DNA of 26,684 nucleotides, taken from NCBI GenBank assembly GCA_965644315.1, contig CBFFRQ010000188.1, forward strand, positions 1 through 26,684, in the 5' to 3' direction. Below, in pieces: positions 11,601 to 20,819 of the stretch. This DNA comes from Caecitellus pseudoparvulus. Lineage: Eukaryota > Protista > Bigyra: Bicosoecida. The first letter of the stretch is position 1. Every line of letters begins with the position of its first letter. The translations under genes and the position numbers were made by a program. A model generated the notes under the pieces. The model was not told the origin of the DNA, did not search any database, and saw only the letters and a list, made by a program, of their open reading frames with translations.

Positions 11601-14600
11601 TCCGTCACATCCACCACAAACCCCACCGTCACCGTCTCCTCCGTGCCCGTGTCGCCAGACACGCCCGTCGTGATCACCAAGTCAAACGTGTGCGCCGCTG
11701 CCTCCTCGTAGTTCAACAACGGAGCCGTGCCCTCGTTCGTGCTCACAGTGATCACGCAGCTGCTGCTGCCGGGTGTCACCTCCAAGTCAAAGAAGCTGTT
11801 TGCACCACCCGTGCCGGGCACAGGCGCCTCCCCCACCAACTTGGCAGACAGAATCGTGTGTGCCGCACTGCCAAAATCGACACTGTCGCCATCCACCACG
11901 TCGCTCTCGCCCACACAGAACACCACCTGTGACACTGCCTCCTCGCGCACGTTCGCCACAGCCCCACCACTCTGCAGGAACTCAGCCGTCACAGACGGCG
12001 CCTCGCTCCGGTCTGTCACCGACACGCTGCATGCCGCTGTCGACACGCTCACGTCCACACCCGCCTCCCCAGTGCCCACAAACGACACAGCACAGTCCAG
12101 CGTGTACGGGTCACTCCCAGCATTCGACAGGTCCACGCCTGCACTCCACACCTGCCACGCAGATGCATCGCTGTCCCACGCCACACTCAGGTACTCGCTG
12201 GCCACACTGGCAGACACGCCAGCAGCCGGCGACACGCCACTCTCGGGATCCGTCAACGTCACCGTGCCCACCATCTGGGGCACGAACGCCCCCGACGCGT
12301 CACGGGCATCCTCCGCCAGCTCCGTGACGCGCCCGGCGTCGTACGCAGCAGCAGTGGCCACCTCGTTCACAGCCGTGACGAGCACAGTGAGCTGCAATGT
12401 GTCGGGTGAGTTTTCGAAATCACTGCTGGCTGCATCAGCAACCTTGACTGTGAAAGAGTTGGAAGAAGCCAGCTGAGAGCTGCCGTCAAGCTGGAGCCCT
12501 GGAGCACTCGCAGCGACTGGGCACACAGCCAGCTGCAGTCCATGCGCATCAGTGTACACGACCTTGAACTCCAAACCGTGCTTGTTTGCAGTGGCAGCAG
12601 TAGCAGTGGCCCCATCCAGCTCCACACTGTAGGCGCTCGCGTCGAACGATGACTCGTCGGTGTCCAAGTCAAAGTCTGTCAGTGCGACGGTCTCACAAGT
12701 ACTGGCAAGGTCTGTTTCAGTGAAGGAAAGCGTGTGCTGCAAGACTTGTGCCTTGGGGTGGTACCCAGCGTCTCGAACTTCTACGTCAACCGTACCAGTC
12801 TGGCTGGCGGCGCCGTCAGTGGTTACGGTGACGCTGAGACTGTGGGTGCCAGCGGACAAGGTCGCCCCCTCCAGTACAACAAGCTGGAAGGCACCGGGTG
12901 CTTCCCCGTCAGCGACGCCAAACACAGTGGACGTCGAGCCACCCTCTTGGACGTCGAAGTCTGAAGCAAGCAGATCTGAGTCTACATCTGACGCTTGCAG
13001 GAGGACGCCGATGGTGTGGGAGGCGTCATCCAGAAGCAAAGTCGCCTTGTTGGTCTCGTCAAGTAGGAGCTCAGGTGGGTCGTCAATGTCTGCGATGGTA
13101 ACAGGCACTGTCAATGTGGAGGACCGTGTTGGGGATGCAGAATCCACCAGATCCACCGTAATCGTGAAGGAAGACGTTGTTTCGTGGTCCAGCTCAACTT
13201 CTGGAGCAGATGCCGAAGTGCTCACTGTGATGACGATGCCGTCCAAGTCGGCGTCATTGATGGACGTGGACAATGTGAACATGGTGCTCCCTGCGTCCAG
13301 GCTGGTGCTGCTTATCGTCGCTGAGGTAAGCCCGCGCCCGAGCGAGCCTGGCTTGGAAATCGAAAACGAGCCCAGGCTGGTTCCAGCAGTTGGCGGCGTT
13401 GCGCCCCGCACGAGCTCGTCAATACTCAGAGCTGAGCTGAGAAGGGTATGGTCTTGATCGTTTTCATCAGTGACAGTCACAGTGATGGGAATGATACTCT
13501 CTGCAGGCGGCCCTTGAGACCTGTAGTCAAAGACTCGAAGCTGGACAGTCATGGCATTGGTCGCTCCTGGATTCGCACTTGGGTCTTCAAAGTCGAAGGC
13601 TTCCTTCGTCGCCAGCTCCCACCCGGCAGGAGCATGGGTAACTGAAAAGAAGGCAGCGGCATCCCCTGACACCTCAACGGTTCCGATCGTGTCCCCGACG
13701 TCCTCGTCTGCAAACTCCAGCGAGCCGATCACGGTGCCAGCCGGGGTGTTCTCGGCCACAGTAAAACTGTCAGTGAAGTCAGACTTTGTTGTGACAGAAG
13801 AGTACAGGTCCTTCAGCTGAGGAGCGTCATTGCGGTCGACGATGTAGAGGAACGACGAGAAGGCACGTGCCTTTACGTTAGAGCTCAAGTTTTCATCATC
13901 ACACGTTGCTGGGGTTGCGCGATCCGGGCCACCACAGTCATAGACAACGATGCACAGGGGGGTCTGGCGATACCGCTTGTCGTGTTCGGAGAACTGTGTT
14001 GAGTACACCAGCTGCGAGTCCTCCACGAAAGAGGCAAGGTCGGCGGCACCGTGCAGTGCTTCGCTCTCGTGCTGAGTTCCGGATGTCTGCGATGAATCAT
14101 CCTGAAGGCTGTCCAAGACTGCGGACGGGATGGCGTCACACGCGTTGGACTCCCTCCTGTTCGGGGCACCAATGACACGATCTGTCCCAGGAACAAAGGA
14201 AGATGCTGTAGATTGAAGGCCTCGGGGAACGCCCTGCTTGTGCTGCCCAGGCTCAAACGTGTGCATGTGAACAACAACATCGTCAGGTGTGTTTGAGCCA
14301 AATGAGCCCTCTGCATCCTCAAGATTAAAGGTGGCATCTGCTGTTGAACGAATGGCCCATGCACCGCTTGGAAGCTTGAAGGGTTCGACTTGCGCGCCCA
14401 GAGAGAACACCTTGACCGAAGTGATGGGATCCTCGCGAAGCCTCCTGTCTTCGTCAGCTGTGTCAAGCTGGCCAATAAGTGTTCCGCCTGGAGAATTTTC
14501 AGGAATGACAAAGCCCATGTTCCGCAGAAGCCCAGTTCCAGTTGGGGGATCGTTCTTGTCGACCAGAACCATCGTCAACGTCTCACTCAGGACTTGCGAA

Positions 14601-15349
14601 GCGGAACCAAAAGGATCCGTCTCGACATCAAAGCCAAACGTCGCCCGAGTGTCAAACATAGTTTTGGGGACATCTGGAAAGGCGTGGACGAAGCCTTCAA
14701 AGTCAAACGGGCTGCATCGGATGCCAAATTCAACTTCAGTGCCTGATGTGCTGTACTCGTGGGTTGCAGGCGCAAAGCTCTGCTGCAGATGACTCGCATA
14801 CGCACTCTGAACTGAGCCCGAGAAGGACATGAACTGATCTGGATCAGACGGATCAGTGATGAAATCCTCGTCAACCACTGTAAAGACCAAGGAGCCACCT
14901 GTTCCGTCAGCATTGGCAGTCGCAATCTGACTGCCGCTCTCACGCTCAGAGCAATACACAGTGCTCGCACCATCGAACACAGCAGTTGCAAGCTCATCCA
15001 TATCGGACACCGTGAGCGAAAGTGTTGTTGACGAAGCAGTGTTGCCCCCTGACTCAAACTGCGCAAGGAACTCAATGTCAAATGTGCCTGGGAAAGGAGG
15101 TGTTGGAACTCCACCGGCATCTTCCATTAAAATGGCCTCAAAATCAGCGCCAGGAGCATCCACGCTAAACGTAGCAGTACCGGAGAACGAGTGTGTCAAA
15201 GCGACAGGGGCCGCAACGGACCATGAGCCAACATCGAATGCTGCGGGGAGAGGATCGCTTCCTGCATCCAAACTTGTAACAGAGCCATCAGAGATGATAT
15301 CATCACCCTCCACATCGATGGAAGTAACCAGCACCGAGATTAACGTCGT
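5627..15349 (-). CDS. Distal 3,241-codon cadherin-repeat segment with no stop codon (absent from the ORF track)
   Basis: Manual translation in the frame of the 15350 TGA gives TTLISVLVTSIDVEGDD...VDKNDPP...IPENSPGGTLIGQLDTADED...IVDRNDAP...VAENTPAGTVIGSLEFADED...AFDFED...LDFE...VVDRNDPP...FDVNE...QLDEGDFE...ASFDVE. The frame is the same at both ends. The track lists no stop-terminated ORF in this frame, which is consistent with it staying open to the window edge. Confidence 0.9.
5944..12370 (-). repeat. Coding tandem repeat, 2256-bp period (752 aa, six cadherin domains), about 2.85 copies arranged A-B-A-B-A
   Basis: Offset of 2256 (5944 matches 8200 and 10456; ORF echoes at 6162/8418/10674). 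Block A is about 1.9 kb with five domains (linkers TDRSE, TDIQK, GVDE, DRND, DVNE). Block B is about 342 bp with one domain. Copies differ by a few SNPs and one 54-bp patch. Confidence 0.95.
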
Positions 15350-18300
15350 TCAAGCGCTGTTCTCTTCGACGGAATCTGAAGATGTTGAAACGCTTACACT
15401 CATCATGGAACCGTCGTACTCCTTGACATTCACCAGCTTCGGCAAGAAGCTCGTCGTCGACGTCACGTACGTCTCCCCGTCCTCACTCAGCAGCACCACC
15501 TTCAGCGCCGTGCCAAGCGTGCCCGCAGCGTTGTAGTCGCTGTAGTCCACACCCTGCTCCGTCAGCACGTCCTCCAGGTTGAAGTCTGCCACACGCACTG
15601 TCGCCACCACGTCGTCCTCATCCCGAGTCCAATCGCCGGGCGCCAGCTCAAACGTCAAGTGCTCCAGCACCACCACCTCCACAGGTCCTCCCCCGCCGTG
15701 CGGGGTCAGCTGCTGGCTGTGGTCGTCAGTGCCAGGCGTGGCCAGCGGCGTCGCGTCCGCCACCGACACCACCTGCAGGAACGCCACATACTCATGCTCC
15801 ACCTCGTCCACGGCCACCGTCACATCCACCAGGTTCGACGCCGACCCGGCATTCTCAGACACCGACCGCAAGTTCCCGTATGTGATGGATGCAGCCAGTG
15901 GCAGCTCCTGCACGTTCACCAGCTTCGGCACGAAGCTCGTCGTCGACGTCACGTGCGACCCCCCGTCCTCACTCAGCAGCACCAACTTCAACGCCGTGCC
16001 AGGCGTGCCCGCAGCGTTGTAGTCGCTGTAGTCCACACCCTGCTCCGTCAGCACGTCCTCCAGGTTGAAGTCTGCCACACGCACTGTCGCCACCACGTCG
16101 TCCTCATCCCGAGTCCAATCGCCGGGCGCCAGCTCAAACGTCAAGTGCTCCAGCACCACCACCTCCACAGGTCCTCCCCCGCCGTGCGGGGTCAGCTGCT
16201 GGCTGTGGTCGTCAGTGCCAGGCGTGGCCAGCGGCGTCGCGTCCGCCACCGACACCACCTGCAGGAACGCCACATACTCATGCTCCACCTCGTCCACGGC
16301 CACCGTCACATCCACCAGGTTCGACGCCGACCCGGCATTCTCAGACACCGACCGCAAGTTCCCGTATGTGATGGATGCAGCCAGTGGCAGCTCCTGCACG
16401 TTCACCAGCTTCGGCACGAAGCTCGTCGTCGACGTCACGTGCGACCCCCGTCCTCACTCAGCAGCACCAACTTCAACGCCGTGCCAGGCGTGCCGGCAGC
16501 GTCATAGTCACTGTAGTCCACACCCTGCTCCGTCAGCACGTCCTCCAGGTTGAAGTCTGCCACACGCACTGTCGCCACCACGTCGTCCTCATCCCGAGTC
16601 CAATCGCCGGGCGCCAGCTCAAACGTCAAGTGCTCCAGCACCACCACCTCCACAGGTCCTCCCCCGCCGTGCGGGGTCAGCTGCTGGCTGTGGTCGTCAG
16701 TGCCAGGCGTGGCCAGCGGCGTCGCGTCCGCCACCGACACCACCTGCAGGAACGCCACATACTCATGCTCCACCTCGTCCACGGCCACCGTCACATCCAC
16801 CAGGTTCGACGCCGACCCGGCATTCTCAGACACCGACCGCAAGTTCCCGTATGTGATGGATGCAGCCAGTGGCAGCTCCTGCACGTTCACCAGCTTCGGC
16901 ACGAAGCTCGTCGTCGACGTCACGTGCGACCCCCCGTCCTCACTCAGCAGCACCAACTTCAACGCCGTGCCAGGCGTGCCGGCAGCGTCATAGTCGCTGT
17001 AGTCCACACCCTGCTCCGTCAGCACGTCCTCCAGGTTGAAGTCTGCCACACGCACTGTCGCCACCACGTCGTCCTCATCCCGAGTCCAATCGCCGGGCGC
17101 CAGCTCAAACGTCAAGTGCTCCAGCACCACCACCTCCACAGGTCCTCCCCCGCCGTGCGGGGTCAGCTGCTGGCTGTGGTCGTCAGTGCCAGGCGTGGCC
17201 AGCGGCGTCGCGTCCGCCACCGACACCACCTGCAGGAACGCCACATACTCATGCTCCACCTCGTCCACGGCCACCGTCACATCCACCAGGTTCGACGCCG
17301 ACCCGGCATTCTCAGACACCGACCGCAAGTTCCCGTATGTGATGGATGCAGCCAGTGGCAGCTCCTGCACGTTCACCAGCTTCGGCACGAAGCTCGTCGT
17401 CGACGTCACGTGCGACCCCCGTCCTCACTCAGCAGCACCAACTTCAACGCCGTGCCAGGCGTGCCGGCAGCGTCATAGTCACTGTAGTCCACACCCTGCT
17501 CCGTCAGCACGTCCTCCAGGTTGAAGTCTGCCACACGCACTGTCGCCACCACGTCGTCCTCATCCCGAGTCCAATCGCCGGGCGCCAGCTCAAACGTCAA
17601 GTGCTCCAGCACCACCACCTCCACAGGTCCTCCCCCGCCGTGCGGGGTCAGCTGCTGGCTGTGGTCGTCAGTGCCAGGCGTGGCCAGCGGCGTCGCGTCC
17701 GCCACCGACACCACCTGCAGGAACGCCACATACTCATGCTCCACCTCGTCCACGGCCACCGTCACATCCACCAGGTTCGACGCCGACCCGGCATTCTCAG
17801 ACACCGACCGCAAGTTCCCGTATGTGATGGATGCAGCCAGTGGCAGCTCCTGCACGTTCACCAGCTTCGGCACGAAGCTCGTCGTCGACGTCACGTGCGA
17901 CCCCCCGTCCTCACTCAGCAGCACCAACTTCAACGCCGTGCCAGGCGTGCCCGCAGCGTTGTAGTCGCTGTAGTCCACACCCTGCTCCGTCAGCACGTCC
18001 TCCAGGTTGAAGTCTGCCACACGCACTGTCGCCACCACGTCGTCCTCATCCCGAGTCCAATCGCCGGGCGCCAGCTCAAACGTCAAGTGCTCCAGCACCA
18101 CCACCTCCACAGGTCCTCCCCCGCCGTGCGGGGTCAGCTGCTGGCTGTGGTCGTCAGTGCCAGGCGTGGCCAGCGGCGTCGCGTCCGCCACCGACACCAC
18201 CTGCAGGAACGCCACATACTCATGCTCCACCTCGTCCACGGCCACCGTCACATCCACCAGGTTCGACGCCGACCCGGCATTCTCAGACACCGACCGCAAG

Positions 18301-20819
18301 TTCCCGTATGTGATGGATGCAGCCAGTGGCAGCTCCTGCACGTTCACCAGCTTCGGCACGAAGCTCGTCGTCGACGTCACGTGCGACCCCCCGTCCTCAC
18401 TCAGCAGCACCAACTTCAACGCCGTGCCAGGCGTGCCGGCAGCGTCATAGTCACTGTAGTCCACACCCTGCTCCGTCAGCACGTCCTCCAGGTTGAAGTC
18501 TGCCACACGCACTGTCGCCACCACGTCGTCCTCATCCCGAGTCCAATCGCCGGGCGCCAGCTCAAACGTCAAGTGCTCCAGCACCACCACCTCCACAGGT
18601 CCTCCCCCGCCGTGCGGGGTCAGCTGCTGGCTGTGGTCGTCAGTGCCAGGCGTGGCCAGCGGCGTCGCGTCCGCCACCGACACCACCTGCAGGAACGCCA
18701 CATACTCATGCTCCACCTCGTCCACGGCCACCGTCACATCCACCAGGTTCGACGCCGACCCGGCATTCTCAGACACCGACCGCAAGTTCCCGTATGTGAT
18801 GGATGCAGCCAGTGGCAGCTCCTGCACGTTCACCAGCTTCGGCACGAAGCTCGTCGTCGACGTCACGTGCGACCCCCGTCCTCACTCAGCAGCACCAACT
18901 TCAACGCCGTGCCAGGCGTGCCGGCAGCGTCATAGTCACTGTAGTCCACACCCTGCTCCGTCAGCACGTCCTCCAGGTTGAAGTCTGCCACACGCACTGT
19001 CGCCACCACGTCGTCCTCATCCCGAGTCCAATCGCCGGGCGCCAGCTCAAACGTCAAGTGCTCCAGCACCACCACCTCCACAGGTCCTCCCCCGCCGTGC
19101 GGGGTCAGCTGCTGGCTGTGGTCGTCAGTGCCAGGCGTGGCCAGCGGCGTCGCGTCCGCCACCGACACCACCTGCAGGAACGCCACATACTCATGCTCCA
19201 CCTCGTCCACGGCCACCGTCACATCCACCAGGTTCGACGCCGACCCGGCATTCTCAGACACCGACCGCAAGTTCCCGTATGTGATGGATGCAGCCAGTGG
19301 CAGCTCCTGCACGTTCACCAGCTTCGGCACGAAGCTCGTCGTCGACGTCACGTGCGACCCCCCGTCCTCACTCAGCAGCACCAACTTCAACGCCGTGCCA
19401 GGCGTGCCGGCAGCGTCATAGTCGCTGTAGTCCACACCCTGCTCCGTCAGCACGTCCTCCAGGTTGAAGTCTGCCACACGCACTGTCGCCACCACGTCGT
19501 CCTCATCCCGAGTCCAATCGCCGGGCGCCAGCTCAAACGTCAAGTGCTCCAGCACCACCACCTCCACAGGTCCTCCCCCGCCGTGCGGGGTCAGCTGCTG
19601 GCTGTGGTCGTCAGTGCCAGGCGTGGCCAGCGGCGTCGCGTCCGCCACCGACACCACCTGCAGGAACGCCACATACTCATGCTCCACCTCGTCCACGGCC
19701 ACCGTCACATCCACCAGGTTCGACGCCGACCCGGCATTCTCAGACACCGACCGCAAGTTCCCGTATGTGATGGATGCAGCCAGTGGCAGCTCCTGCACGT
19801 TCACCAGCTTCGGCACGAAGCTCGTCGTCGACGTCACGTGCGACCCCCCGTCCTCACTCAGCAGCACCAACTTCAACGCCGTGCCAGGCGTGCCGGCAGC
19901 GTCATAGTCGCTGTAGTCCACACCCTGCTCCGTCAGCACGTCCTCCAGGTTGAAGTCTGCCACACGCACTGTCGCCACCACGTCGTCCTCATCCCGAGTC
20001 CAATCGCCGGGCGCCAGCTCAAACGTCAAGTGCTCCAGCACCACCACCTCCACAGGTCCTCCCCCGCCGTGCGGGGTCAGCTGCTGGCTGTGGTCGTCAG
20101 TGCCAGGCGTGGCCAGCGGCGTCGCGTCCGCCACCGACACCACCTGCAGGAACGCCACATACTCATGCTCCACCTCGTCCACGGCCACCGTCACATCCAC
20201 CAGGTTCGACGCCGACCCGGCATTCTCAGACACCGACCGCAAGTTCCCGTATGTGATGGATGCAGCCAGTGGCAGCTCCTGCACGTTCACCAGCTTCGGC
20301 ACGAAGCTCGTCGTCGACGTCACGTGCGACCCCCGTCCTCACTCAGCAGCACCAACTTCAACGCCGTGCCAGGCGTGCCGGCAGCGTCATAGTCACTGTA
20401 GTCCACACCCTGCTCCGTCAGCACGTCCTCCAGGTTGAAGTCTGCCACACGCACTGTCGCCACCACGTCGTCCTCATCCCGAGTCCAATCGCCGGGCGCC
20501 AGCTCAAACGTCAAGTGCTCCAGCACCACCACCTCCACAGGTCCTCCCCCGCCGTGCGGGGTCAGCTGCTGGCTGTGGTCGTCAGTGCCAGGCGTGGCCA
20601 GCGGCGTCGCGTCCGCCACCGACACCACCTGCAGGAACGCCACATACTCATGCTCCACCTCGTCCACGGCCACCGTCACATCCACCAGGTTCGACGCCGA
20701 CCCGGCATTCTCAGACACCGACCGCAAGTTCCCGTATGTGATGGATGCAGCCAGTGGCAGCTCCTGCACGTTCACCAGCTTCGGCACGAAGCTCGTCGTC
20801 GACGTCACGTGCGACCCCC
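15350..20819 (-). CDS. Frameshifted continuation of the same gene (five ORF segments made of 162-aa repeats)
   Basis: Each segment resumes the identical peptide (VTSTTSFVPKLVNVQELPL...) in a new frame after a C5 (G5 on minus) variant at 20815-20819, 20330-20334, 18873-18877, 17416-17420 and 16445-16449. The last segment ends at TGA 15350-15352. Confidence 0.8.

Noticed and set aside
5628-15349. Telomere-targeting retrotransposon or telomere-linked helicase
   Set aside because: No reverse transcriptase, endonuclease, gag or helicase motifs and no poly(A) at the junction. The translated sequence is cadherin-like throughout the parts read.
15350-15352. Alternative genetic code (TGA=Trp) or selenocysteine
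   Set aside because: Only one in-frame TGA occurs in about 6,700 codons while TGG is used for Trp. The position is not a redox Cys site and no SECIS can be located because the 3' UTR is missing.
15350-20808. Operon of five separate translationally coupled genes with GTGA overlaps
   Set aside because: Each break is the same 1-bp deletion in a repeat that is continuous in G6 copies. The segments lack ATG starts and signal peptides.
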